A stretch of DNA of 64,000 nt, taken from assembly GCA_041663005.1 (NCBI GenBank), contig JBAZRK010000002.1, forward strand, positions 64,740 through 128,739, written 5' to 3'. The DNA comes from Minisyncoccota bacterium (GTDB taxonomy: Bacteria; Patescibacteriota; Minisyncoccia; Phycocordibacterales; UBA9973). A program made the translations under genes and the position numbers. The notes beneath the pieces were generated by a model. It was not told the DNA's origin and searched no databases. It saw nothing but the letters and a program-made list of their open reading frames with translations. The first letter of the stretch is position 1. The number at the start of each line of letters is the position of its first letter. Below are positions 19,714 to 28,715 of this stretch, in pieces.

Positions 19714-19743
19714 CTAAAAAATCCCCGCTTGGGGATTTTTTGT
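19714..19743. terminator. Bidirectional rho-independent terminator between hup (+) and lexA (-)
   Basis: aaaaaatcccc-gctt-ggggattttttg. The hairpin has A/T tracts on both sides. Confidence 0.6.
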
Positions 19744-19746
19744 TGA

Positions 19747-20313
19747 TTAGTATTTCCTAATGACCGCTTTGACGACAGCGGTAATATTTAAAGAGTGCTC
19801 GGGATATATCGGCTTGTAGTTTTTGTTCGCTGGTTCGAGCCAGGCTTTCTCTCCTTTTTTTCTCAAATATTTCATTGTGAACTCGCCATCGACTTCCGCA
19901 ATGACGATGTCGCCATCTTTAGCAGAACTACACTTCTCGACGAGCACCATATCCCCTTTCTCGATGTGGGCGTCTATCATCGAGTCGCCGTCTACTTCAA
20001 GCATATAGGTAAGCGGTTTGTTTTTTATTAAAAGGTCGTCCAAGTTCACAGTATCGGCAAGTTCTTCTTCCACGGTTGCAGGAAAACCGGCGGTTACAAA
20101 TCCAAGCATCGGGACTTCGCCAAATGTTTGAGAAGGCACGAGCCTGCCCAGGTGGTCCTTGGCAACTATACCTGTCTCTATGAGCTTCTCGACAACTTTG
20201 AAAACGGCGTTCTTGGATTTGAAACCGAAAAGTCGGAGCATCTCGGAGTACGTAGGCATCCGTTTATTTTCGCCGTAAAAAGTTTCTAGTTTTACCTGGT
20301 AGGTGTTCTTCAT
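19747..20313 (-). CDS. lexA: LexA repressor
   Basis: N-terminal winged HTH, S24 peptidase domain (GDSMIDAHIEKGDMVLV) and a catalytic Ser/Lys region. Confidence 0.9.
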   Translation of the reverse strand: MKNTYQVKLETFYGENKRMPTYSEMLRLFGFKSKNAVFKVVEKLIETGIVAKDHLGRLVPSQTFGEVPMLGFVTAGFPATVEEELADTVNLDDLLIKNKPLTYMLEVDGDSMIDAHIEKGDMVLVEKCSSAKDGDIVIAEVDGEFTMKYLRKKGEKAWLEPANKNYKPIYPEHSLNITAVVKAVIRKY

Positions 20314-20514
20314 TTAGAAAGAAAATTGAGCCAACGTTGGAAAAAATTTCCGTAAAAAGTTGCTTCGGCTATGGTAGCGAACCTTCTTGAGCAAGAGCTT
20401 ATGCTCACGAGCTTCCTTGGCATAGTTTCTGCCCTCCATTATTTTGAGGTCAATTCTTTTATTGATTCTTTGAATTTCCCTCTCTAACATTTTTAAATAT
20501 TGCGCCTGACTCAT
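20314..20514 (-). CDS. Small hypothetical protein of 66 aa, first gene of the lexA operon
   Basis: ORF lies immediately upstream of and abutting lexA, and downstream of the SOS-box promoter. Basic and charged, with no recognised motif. Confidence 0.45.
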   Translation of the reverse strand: MSQAQYLKMLEREIQRINKRIDLKIMEGRNYAKEAREHKLLLKKVRYHSRSNFLRKFFPTLAQFSF

Positions 20515-20582
20515 ACTATTTAGACTCTAGGGTATTAGGCTTTCGCCTAGTTGCCTAGCGCCTGGCTACTTATAACATTATT

Positions 20583-20611
20583 AGTATAAGTGAACGAGCG
20601 TTCACTGTCAA
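20583..20611 (-). promoter_or_regulatory. SOS-regulated promoter. On the minus strand it reads TTGACA-17-TATACT, with a LexA (Cheo-type) box TGAACGAGCGTTCA (20591-20604) in the spacer
   Basis: GAAC-N4-GTTC palindrome seen directly. It is positioned between the -35 and -10 elements. Confidence 0.7.
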
Positions 20612-20629
20612 TCAGTCCCCTGTGGATAA

Positions 20630-22201
20630 CTAGCTATTCACCTTTGGCCTATATTGTATTGCTTCTAGGATGTGGTTCGCTTCTACGTTTGGGGAATTTT
20701 CGAGGTCAGCGATAGTGCGAGCAATTTTAAGCACGCGGTGATACGCCCTGGCAGAGAGCCCTAAGCGCTCAGCACTGTCGTCTAGGAGCTCTCGCACTTC
20801 TTTGGTAAGTTTAACCAAATTTCCCAAGTCCTTCACACTCATTTCGCTGTTGGTGGAGAGCTTTTTCCCAGACTGGAGAGACACCGCGCCTTCCCTAAAC
20901 CTATCTTCTTGAATTTTTCTGGCTCTTGCCACTCTTTCTTTGATGCGCTCGCTCCGTTCGCCTGTCCCCTCGCCTCCCAGCTTTTTATAATCCACGTTCC
21001 CGACAGAAACCCATAAATCAATACGGTCGATAATGGGACCCGATAGTTTTCTTTTGTATCTGTCTAAGTCGGACGGTTTACAAATACAGGCTTTTTGTTT
21101 GTTTCCAGAATTTCCGCACGGGCACGGGTTCATCGCCGCGATTAAAATAAAATTTGAAGGGAAAATTGCGGTACCTTTCGCCCGCGAAATGGAAACAATG
21201 TTGTCCTCGAGTGGCTGACGGAGGGATTCAATAACTCTTTTCTCAAATTCAGGAAATTCGTCCAGGAAAAGCACCCCGCGGTGCGCTAGCGTCACTTCTC
21301 CCGGCTTGGGATAAGTTCCGCCACCTATTATCGACACATATGAAGATGTATGGTGTGGCGCCCGGAAGGGCGGTGCGGAAACGAGTGCGCCTTGCGCGAC
21401 ACCCGCGACAGAGTGAATTCCTGTAATTTCTAAAATTTCATCCAGCGCGAGGTCAGGTAGAATTTGTGAAAAGGCCCGAGCAAGCATTGTCTTGCCTGTG
21501 CCCGGCGGTCCGTACATAGCTATGTTGTGGCCGCCCGCAGCGGCAATTTCAAGCCCGCGCTTGGCTCCCTCCTGCCCGCGAATGTCCGAGAAGTCGGCGC
21601 CTTTGATTTCTTTTTTATAATGTATCTTCGTTTGTGGGTGAGCTAGAATTTTTTTCGCCTGCTTGTCTTTTTCTGGCTTTTTAATTTGGTCTAAATGCTC
21701 CACCACTTCAGTCAAACTCCTGGCGGGAAAAATTTTTATCCCTTCTACGAGCGCCGCTTCCTCAGCATTTTCTTCCGGCAAATATATTTCTTCGAAGCCC
21801 ATTCTCTTCGCCTCTTGCGCTAGGGGTAACGCCCCGCGAATGCGCCGCAAGGTGCCGTCGAGGCCAAGCTCACCTAAGAAAATCTTTTTCTCAGAATCAA
21901 ATTTAATATCTCCGGCCGCCTTCATATAAGCAAGCGCTATGGAGAGATCAAAAAACGGCCCCTCCTTTTTAAGGTCGGCCGGCGACAAAGAAACTATTAT
22001 TTTTTGATTACTGGCTTTCGGTGATTTAAATCCGGAATTTTTAATTGCGCCACTCACGCGATCCTTAGATTCATCCACCGCCTTGTCAGGCAAACCAACA
22101 ACAGAAAAAGTATGCAACCCCCGAGAAAGGTCGACTTCAATGGTAACAATAGCTCCTGAGAGAAGATTTACTTGCGCTGAATATACTTTAGCAAAAGACA
22201 T
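20630..22201 (-). CDS. comM: Mg-chelatase-like AAA+ ATPase ComM/YifB family
   Basis: N-terminal Lon-like domain and AAA+ core (GPPGTGKT). 523 aa, typical YifB architecture. Confidence 0.9.
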   Translation of the reverse strand: MSFAKVYSAQVNLLSGAIVTIEVDLSRGLHTFSVVGLPDKAVDESKDRVSGAIKNSGFKSPKASNQKIIVSLSPADLKKEGPFFDLSIALAYMKAAGDIKFDSEKKIFLGELGLDGTLRRIRGALPLAQEAKRMGFEEIYLPEENAEEAALVEGIKIFPARSLTEVVEHLDQIKKPEKDKQAKKILAHPQTKIHYKKEIKGADFSDIRGQEGAKRGLEIAAAGGHNIAMYGPPGTGKTMLARAFSQILPDLALDEILEITGIHSVAGVAQGALVSAPPFRAPHHTSSYVSIIGGGTYPKPGEVTLAHRGVLFLDEFPEFEKRVIESLRQPLEDNIVSISRAKGTAIFPSNFILIAAMNPCPCGNSGNKQKACICKPSDLDRYKRKLSGPIIDRIDLWVSVGNVDYKKLGGEGTGERSERIKERVARARKIQEDRFREGAVSLQSGKKLSTNSEMSVKDLGNLVKLTKEVRELLDDSAERLGLSARAYHRVLKIARTIADLENSPNVEANHILEAIQYRPKVNS

Positions 22202-22222
22202 AAATAATTTAAGTTTTTAAAT

Positions 22223-23167
22223 CTAAGTAATTTTTTCTAGTTCTTCTCTGTTCCTAGGAAAATTTATCCCTTTTTCTTCCAAAACAGCGTACAGGGCGTC
22301 TACCGTTCCTCCGCTAGCCCCAAAAGCTTTACTTAAATCTTCGATATCTTTTAGGTTGAATTTATCTAAAATTCGACGCATAAGTCGGGCTAGCTCTTGC
22401 CCATCGTCCAACATCCAGGTGGGCAATAATTCTGAAAGCTCATTTTCTAAAATAGCTTTGGCTAACAATTCATCTTCTATTTCTTTGCCAAGTTGAGCTG
22501 TTCTTATGACTTCGTCTGCGTTACTAAATATCTCGAGGTTTGCGTTGTATTCCCGAGAAACTTCAAGACCATCTTTCTGCATATTTTGGAAAAGAGTCGA
22601 GTGCCCCGCACCCATAGTCATCAATACTTTCAGTTTCTTTTCTTTAAGTTTGGGATTTCCCCGTAGAAGTTCTGTTAATTTCTTTTCTAGATTGCTTCTT
22701 ATAAAACCCTCCCGCTTGTTTTGTATTTGGCCAATTTTCTCTACTGCTTTTCTGGCAATATTTAAAGCACTTTTAAAGTCCCCTCTCAAAAATGCATTAG
22801 TTGCAAGATACATACCGAGGAAACCCCCCCTTTCTTCTACTTCCCCTTTTTGCACATCTGCCAGAATCACTATCTTGTGGCTATTTTGTAAAACCCTAAG
22901 TTTTTCCCTAAAGCTGGGCGGTACCCGATTCATGTATGCTTCATCATCTGGGGTAATTTCTCCATTAGAAACCCTCTGCAGAAATTCTTGCATGCCCGGT
23001 TTATACTCAGCCCACTCCGGGACATAAACATCACAATCATCTAATAGTAATCTTAGTTTTCTGGAATCGGCAACAAAATAGTGAGATGCAAAATAAATAT
23101 TAAAAGACACATCGGGAAATTTTTCTTTTTTCTTGCTATCTACCCGCTCAATGGGAAAATTATTCAC
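22223..23167 (-). CDS. Hypothetical protein
   Basis: 314-aa ORF with coding-like composition. No recognised motif. Confidence 0.55.
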   Translation of the reverse strand: MNNFPIERVDSKKKEKFPDVSFNIYFASHYFVADSRKLRLLLDDCDVYVPEWAEYKPGMQEFLQRVSNGEITPDDEAYMNRVPPSFREKLRVLQNSHKIVILADVQKGEVEERGGFLGMYLATNAFLRGDFKSALNIARKAVEKIGQIQNKREGFIRSNLEKKLTELLRGNPKLKEKKLKVLMTMGAGHSTLFQNMQKDGLEVSREYNANLEIFSNADEVIRTAQLGKEIEDELLAKAILENELSELLPTWMLDDGQELARLMRRILDKFNLKDIEDLSKAFGASGGTVDALYAVLEEKGINFPRNREELEKIT

Positions 23168-23243
23168 AATATCTAATTGTATCGCAGGAAAATGATAACC
23201 TCAACCATCCCCTAACGACGTTAGAGTACAACCTTTTGGGGCA

Positions 23244-23606
23244 TTACTCTTCTAAATGTTTCTTGCAGGTCCTAGCGGCCGGATTGGCTTCCAGGCGCGC
23301 TGCCTCGATATCTTTTTTGCAAATTTTGCATTTTCCGAATGTGTCCTTATTTACAGCTTTGAGAGCTTTGAGAATATCGCGGAGTCGTGGCTCAAGGGTG
23401 CGCATCATAGAACTCCTGGCTTCGAAATCTTCGAAGCGGTCCGCCATATCATTCTGGTCTGTTTCGGGAAAATCGAGCGCCTCGGGCGTAGTTTCCCAAT
23501 CCCCCGTCTCTGGGTTTAGCTTCCCCATATCTTTCATCTGCTCCAAGAGCTTCTCTTTTTCTTTTTCAAGATTTTCTTTTATTTTTTTCTTATCCATTAT
23601 GCCCAA
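23244..23606 (-). CDS. DksA/TraR-family C4-type zinc-finger protein
   Basis: Coiled-coil N-terminus followed by CKICKKDIEAARLEANPAARTCKKH. Confidence 0.55.
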   Translation of the reverse strand: MGIMDKKKIKENLEKEKEKLLEQMKDMGKLNPETGDWETTPEALDFPETDQNDMADRFEDFEARSSMMRTLEPRLRDILKALKAVNKDTFGKCKICKKDIEAARLEANPAARTCKKHLEE

Positions 23607-23635
23607 ATGATACCATTTTAATTATCCATAGCAAG

Positions 23636-23669
23636 CCCCCACACCTACTTTTTTAAGTAGGTGTGGGGG
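23636..23669. repeat. Perfect 34-bp palindrome (15-bp arms CCCCCACACCTACTT, TTTT loop) flanked by GCAAG/CAAG direct repeats
   Basis: Seen directly. It shares the CCCCCACACCT core with the inverted repeats flanking the GIY-YIG gene. It lies in a divergent promoter region, not a terminator position. Confidence 0.6.
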
Positions 23670-23695
23670 CAAGTATCGTATGATATACTGGTCCT

Positions 23696-24790
23696 ATGTT
23701 TTACAAGCACAACGATACTTATACCGTAGAGAGCGTTACTTCTGGGCACCCGGACAAAATCTGTGACCAGGTCTCGGACGCTATTTTAGATGCCTATTTA
23801 ACCGTAGATTCTAAGGCTCGCGTCGCTGTTGAGACCTTCGGCGGCCACGGCAAGCTCACCATCGGCGGCGAAATCACGTCCACTGGCAAGGTTGACTACG
23901 TGCAGATTGCACGGGACGTTTACAAGAAAATAGGATACGAAGATAACCTAGAAATCTCTGCCCACCTGGTAACACAATCCCCTGACATTGCGATGGGTGT
24001 CGACAGTGGCGGCGCCGGTGACCAAGGCATAATGTACGGCTTTGCCACTGATGAAACTCCGGAATTTTTGCCAAAGGGCGTTGTCCTCGTGCACAAACTT
24101 GCAAAACGTTTAGAAGAAGCGCGAAAATCTGGAGAAATTAAATGGCTACGCCCAGACGGCAAGACTCAAGCAACATATGCAGACGGGAAATTGCATACAG
24201 TATTAGTAAGCACTCAGCATGCCTTAGAAACCCCGACGCCAGAAGGGGTCGGGGTCCCGACCACAAGCGTCGGGATTAAAAAAGAAATCACCGAGAAAGT
24301 TATTTATCCGTTACTTTCTGAAACAGAAAAACAAACTGTGAAAATACTTGTAAACCCCACAGGTCAATTTATCCAAGGCGGATTCGAAGCCGACACAGGA
24401 TTAACGGGTAGAAAAATAATGGTAGACACTTACGGCGGAATAATTCCCCACGGCGGCGGATGTTTCTCAGGAAAGGACGCCACGAAGGTTGACCGCTCTG
24501 GCGCGTATATGGCGCGATTCGTAGCCAAGAACTTGGTTGCTAATGGCTACGGCAAGGACGTTCTCGTCTCCGTAGCGTACGCAATTGGTATGGCAGAGCC
24601 TTTGATGGTTGAAGCCATTAATGAAAAGGGCGAGGACCTTTCAGAAATTGTAAAAAGGAATTTCGATTTCCGCCCGCAGGCCATAATAGAGCGCCTAGGT
24701 TTACGCGCTCCAATTTTCAGCCAGACTGCCGCCTACGGCCACTTCGGTAAAGTTGATTTGCCTTGGGAAAAAATAGAAAAAATTGTGTAA
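23696..24790 (+). CDS. metK: S-adenosylmethionine synthetase
   Basis: GHPDKICDQVSDAILD and GGGAFSGKD-type motifs. Contains an in-frame roughly 15-aa insertion encoded by repeat copy C. Confidence 0.95.
   Translation: MFYKHNDTYTVESVTSGHPDKICDQVSDAILDAYLTVDSKARVAVETFGGHGKLTIGGEITSTGKVDYVQIARDVYKKIGYEDNLEISAHLVTQSPDIAMGVDSGGAGDQGIMYGFATDETPEFLPKGVVLVHKLAKRLEEARKSGEIKWLRPDGKTQATYADGKLHTVLVSTQHALETPTPEGVGVPTTSVGIKKEITEKVIYPLLSETEKQTVKILVNPTGQFIQGGFEADTGLTGRKIMVDTYGGIIPHGGGCFSGKDATKVDRSGAYMARFVAKNLVANGYGKDVLVSVAYAIGMAEPLMVEAINEKGEDLSEIVKRNFDFRPQAIIERLGLRAPIFSQTAAYGHFGKVDLPWEKIEKIV
24231..24275. repeat. Copy C of the double-hairpin palindromic repeat, inside metK and read in frame
   Basis: ccccgacgc-cagaag-gggtcggggtcccgacc-acaa-gcgtcggga encodes TPTPEGVGVPTTSVG between conserved MetK blocks. 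Confidence 0.65.
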
Positions 24791-24798
24791 GCACGTAT

Positions 24799-24832
24799 GT
24801 ACGTAATAGATTACGTAATTCATTACGTAATG
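24799..24832. promoter_or_regulatory. Three tandem ATTACGTAAT-type palindromes spaced 12-13 bp apart, upstream of the EamA transporter gene
   Basis: gtacgtaat / attacgtaat / attacgtaat seen directly. They overlap the probable -10 region (tgatatact). Confidence 0.4.
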
Positions 24833-24845
24833 ATATACTAGCTTT

Positions 24846-25760
24846 ATGACCTGGTTTTTTATTGCCCTAGGTTCGGTATTTCTTTGGAGCATCGTAACTT
24901 ATCTCGATAAGTTTATTATCGAGCGTTTTATAAAAAACAGAGGGGTGGGATCTCTGATTTTATTTTCTGCCTTATTTGCAGGAGTTGTCATCCCAATAAT
25001 AGCTGTGATAAATCCGCGGGTTTTACTTATATCCTCTATGGATATTTGTTTGTTAGGCTTAAGCGGAATTTTAGGGTCTCTGGCAATAATTTTCTATCTG
25101 CATGCTCTGGAATACGAAGATACTTCTTTGGTAATTCCTTTATTTCAGTTAATACCCGTCTTTTCTTACGTTTTAGCCTACATTTTTCTCCGGGAAACCT
25201 TGTCGGGTAAGCAAATAGTCGCAGGCCTTATTGTGGTCATCGGAGCAATAATACTTACTTTGGACATAGAAGAAGACAAGAAAATCAAAGTAAAAATGAA
25301 ACCTTTGCTTCTGATGGGTTTTTCCAGTTTGGCTTTTTCTCTTATGGATGTACTTTATAAGTTCGTATCCGTAGACCAGGACTTTTGGCTAACCCAGTTT
25401 TGGCATTATGTAGGCCTTTTTATCTTTGGCATAATACTGTATTTGTGTGTTAAAAATTACCGTCAAGAGTTTCATAGAGTAATCAAATCTTCTCCCCTGT
25501 CTGTGGTCGGTGCAAATGTAGGGGGAGAAATTTTACAGGTTGCTGCAAATATGATGAATAACTTTGCGCTACTTTTAGCGCCAGTGGTGCTGGTTACCCT
25601 CGTTAGTAGTTATATGCCCTTGATAGTGTTCGTGATGGGGCTGATTTTTACTCTAACAATTCCGAGATTTATTACCGAAAAAGTTTCCAGGAAACATATT
25701 CTACATAAATCCTTAGCAATCAGTATCGTTGTCATAGGCAGTATTTTATTGTATACTTAG
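24846..25760 (+). CDS. EamA/DMT-superfamily transporter
   Basis: About 10 predicted TM helices in two halves, typical of the drug/metabolite transporter fold. Confidence 0.55.
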   Translation: MTWFFIALGSVFLWSIVTYLDKFIIERFIKNRGVGSLILFSALFAGVVIPIIAVINPRVLLISSMDICLLGLSGILGSLAIIFYLHALEYEDTSLVIPLFQLIPVFSYVLAYIFLRETLSGKQIVAGLIVVIGAIILTLDIEEDKKIKVKMKPLLLMGFSSLAFSLMDVLYKFVSVDQDFWLTQFWHYVGLFIFGIILYLCVKNYRQEFHRVIKSSPLSVVGANVGGEILQVAANMMNNFALLLAPVVLVTLVSSYMPLIVFVMGLIFTLTIPRFITEKVSRKHILHKSLAISIVVIGSILLYT

Positions 25761-25780
25761 AAAGTTGTGCCAACGATAAT

Positions 25781-26827
25781 ATGATAAATAAATTTTTTCG
25801 TAAGAAGGTTGAAAATATTGAAGTTAAAGAAAGGAAGCTCGCGGAGTTGGTTGATTTGATGGCAGAAACAGGATTTCAGGGGAAAAAACTTGGTGAAGTT
25901 GCAAAAATTTGGCTGAAAATGATCGAAGACCCGGAAGTAACAATCATTATGGGCTTCGCAGGATCAATGAGCACAACTGGTCAGTCAAATATTATTAACT
26001 GGCTGATTGAAAATAGATACATTGATATTTTAGTGTCTACTGGGGCCAACATCGCCGAAGATATAATTCTGGGAATGGGCTACAGTTATTGGCAGGGTTC
26101 CGCTACTGCAAACGACATGGACCTGCTCAAAAACAACATAAACAGATATTACGATGTTTACGGTGAGGATGCCGAATATTCCGAAATGATAAAGCTCATT
26201 GCGGAATTTTACAAGGAATGTGACTCGTCTAAAAACTTTTCATCTAGATCTCTCTTGAAAGATTTCGGCGATTGGCTGAATAAAAAGGATATAAAGTGCA
26301 TTGTGTCGACGGCTGCTAAAAATGGTGTCCCGATATTTTGTCCAGCCATTGTGGACAGCCCTTATGGTGACGCGGCACTCTTGGCGCAGAGAGAAGGCAA
26401 AAAAATTGTCATAGACCAAGTGCTAGACTTTACAGAATGGATAAAGATGGGTGAAGATTTCAAAAAAAGTGGAGTTATTTACATTGGTGGCGGAGTCCCT
26501 AAAGATTTTATACAAATCTCTGCAGTATCTTCTGCCTTACTTTACGAGGAGAATAAACAAGGAAAGAGGGGTGGCGCTCAATACCGAGAACAAAGTGGAG
26601 AATATTTTTATCCCCATAATTATGCAATTCAAATAACTACTGACTCTCCGCAATGGGGTGGTCTTTCGGGTTGCACATTTGAAGAGGCAAGCAGCTGGGG
26701 CAAGGAAACAGTGGATGGAGACAATGCGATTTGCTACTGCGATGCCACCATCGCGCTGCCCTTAGTAAGCCATTACCTTAAAGACAAAGCTTCAAAAAGG
26801 AAAAATGCCCCTGAGTTCCCTTTTTAA
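25781..26827 (+). CDS. Deoxyhypusine synthase-like protein (DHS/homospermidine synthase family)
   Basis: GFAGSMSTTG...VSTGANIAEDI and NAD-binding motifs characteristic of the DHS fold. Confidence 0.7.
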   Translation: MINKFFRKKVENIEVKERKLAELVDLMAETGFQGKKLGEVAKIWLKMIEDPEVTIIMGFAGSMSTTGQSNIINWLIENRYIDILVSTGANIAEDIILGMGYSYWQGSATANDMDLLKNNINRYYDVYGEDAEYSEMIKLIAEFYKECDSSKNFSSRSLLKDFGDWLNKKDIKCIVSTAAKNGVPIFCPAIVDSPYGDAALLAQREGKKIVIDQVLDFTEWIKMGEDFKKSGVIYIGGGVPKDFIQISAVSSALLYEENKQGKRGGAQYREQSGEYFYPHNYAIQITTDSPQWGGLSGCTFEEASSWGKETVDGDNAICYCDATIALPLVSHYLKDKASKRKNAPEFPF

Positions 26828-26842
26828 AAATCGAAAATATTC

Positions 26843-28603
26843 ATGAATAAAAAAATTGTGTCGCGAGCAAGAATAATAAATTATTTATTTTTAGTAGCAA
26901 TACTTTCCATCTCGGTATTTTTTTACAGAATTCATATCGCCAAAGATTTTTCCCTAGAAAATAACCCTTACACCGAGACTGAAACACCTTATTGTGATGT
27001 TGCCGATTCTACGTTGCTAATTTTTTCCCCCGATGTGCCAAGTTTGTACTATTATTCTCACGGTTTAGCCTTTATTTTATCGTTAGTGGTAGGGTTTTTG
27101 TTACTAAGAGCTCAAAAAGGCTCCAATAGGTCCAGGCTATTTTTGGCAATGATGATTCTGTTTTGCCTTTGGTTAGTGCTGGACTTAATCCAGTGGGCAA
27201 CAGCCGATCCAGTTTTAATGCTTTATCTCTGGGGAGTCGCTGTCGTGCTTGAAGTATTGTTTTTTGGCATAGCTTTGTTCATAGCCAAACAATCTAGCGA
27301 GGCTTCGGAGATACCTTCTTGGATGATACGTTCTGTGTCATTTTTAGCTGGCGCCGTGATGTTATTTATCCCTTCAACCTTCGGCCTAATTGGCGTAGAT
27401 ATGGAAACCTGTGAGGTGATAGAAGGCGTAATGTCAAAATATCTCGTATATATCTATGAATTTTTGTGCCTTCTCTTTATAATTCACCTGGCTTTCAAGA
27501 GTAGGAAGAATGCTCCACCCAAAGAAGGGAGTGGAAACACTTTATTCTTATTAAGTATTGTATTGTTCCTGGTATTGTTTTTTGCGGGCAATTTATATGG
27601 CAGTCTTTCGGAAAATTGGATTCCTTCTCAGTATGGACTTATTGGGATGCCTATTTTTGTCCTCGTCTTGAGTTATTTGATACAAAAATATGATTTTTCC
27701 TCAGCTAAAGTTCTCTTAGCTCAGTTTTTAGTGTTGGCACTTCTCTGTTTTACCGTAGCAACTCTATTCGTACGTAAAATTGAAAATGTAAGAATTGTGG
27801 TTATTTTTACCGCGTTGTTTGTTGTTGTCCTAGGATATTCTCTTATTAAATCAGTAAAAAAAGAAATTGCGCAAAGGGAACAACTAACGAAACTCAATCA
27901 AGACTTGCAGGAATCTATCAAGCAGCGCGAGAGCCTCGTGCACTTGGTAACACATAAGGTTAAGGGCTCCTTCACCCGCACGAAATTTATTTTCGCGGGA
28001 ATACTTGATGGTACCTTCGGAAAGATTACTCCCGAAATTAAAAAAATTGCTGAACAAGGTATGGAGTTCGACCAAGGAGGTCTTGAGACTGTGGACCTGG
28101 TGCTTAATGTTGCCAACCTAGAAAAAGGTATCATTAAGTACGATATGAAAGTCGTAAACTTCCGTGAACTTTTGGAAAAAACTTTATCAGAAAAGCGCGG
28201 TGCTATTGAAGCAAAGGGCTTGAAACTCGAAGCCAATATCGCAGACGGCAAATATGATGTCACCGGGGACGCTATCTGGCTCAAGGAAGTAATCCATAAT
28301 CTTTTAGAAAACTCTACTAAGTACACCCGCCAAGGCGCCATCTCCGTAAACTTGGAAAACAAAGGGGAGAAGCTGCTTCTCACTGTTAAAGACACCGGGG
28401 TGGGTATCAGCGCCGAAGATGAGAAAAACCTGTTCACTGAAGGCGGCCGCGGTAAGGAATCCATCAAAATCAATGTCGATTCTACGGGATACGGACTTTA
28501 CTCTGTTAAGTTAATTATAGACGCACACAAAGGCCGAGTCTGGGAACACTCTGAAGGAATAAATAAAGGCTCTCAATTCTACGTCGAGCTTCCTGTTGTC
28601 TAA
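26843..28603 (+). CDS. Sensor histidine kinase with a polytopic N-terminal membrane domain
   Basis: About 8 TM helices, an HisKA-like H-box (LVHLVTHKVKGSF) and an HATPase_c domain (N, G1, G2 boxes: NLLENSTKYT, DTGVGIS, GYGLYSVKLII). No adjacent response regulator. Confidence 0.8.
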   Translation: MNKKIVSRARIINYLFLVAILSISVFFYRIHIAKDFSLENNPYTETETPYCDVADSTLLIFSPDVPSLYYYSHGLAFILSLVVGFLLLRAQKGSNRSRLFLAMMILFCLWLVLDLIQWATADPVLMLYLWGVAVVLEVLFFGIALFIAKQSSEASEIPSWMIRSVSFLAGAVMLFIPSTFGLIGVDMETCEVIEGVMSKYLVYIYEFLCLLFIIHLAFKSRKNAPPKEGSGNTLFLLSIVLFLVLFFAGNLYGSLSENWIPSQYGLIGMPIFVLVLSYLIQKYDFSSAKVLLAQFLVLALLCFTVATLFVRKIENVRIVVIFTALFVVVLGYSLIKSVKKEIAQREQLTKLNQDLQESIKQRESLVHLVTHKVKGSFTRTKFIFAGILDGTFGKITPEIKKIAEQGMEFDQGGLETVDLVLNVANLEKGIIKYDMKVVNFRELLEKTLSEKRGAIEAKGLKLEANIADGKYDVTGDAIWLKEVIHNLLENSTKYTRQGAISVNLENKGEKLLLTVKDTGVGISAEDEKNLFTEGGRGKESIKINVDSTGYGLYSVKLIIDAHKGRVWEHSEGINKGSQFYVELPVV

Positions 28604-28715
28604 AAAACAAAGAGTTTAACATTTTAAGGGGTTTTGAGGCTGACGAGCCGAAAACTTCAGGATTTTTTAGACTTCAAAAAATCCGTACCTAAAAATATTA
28701 AACTCTTTGTTTCCC

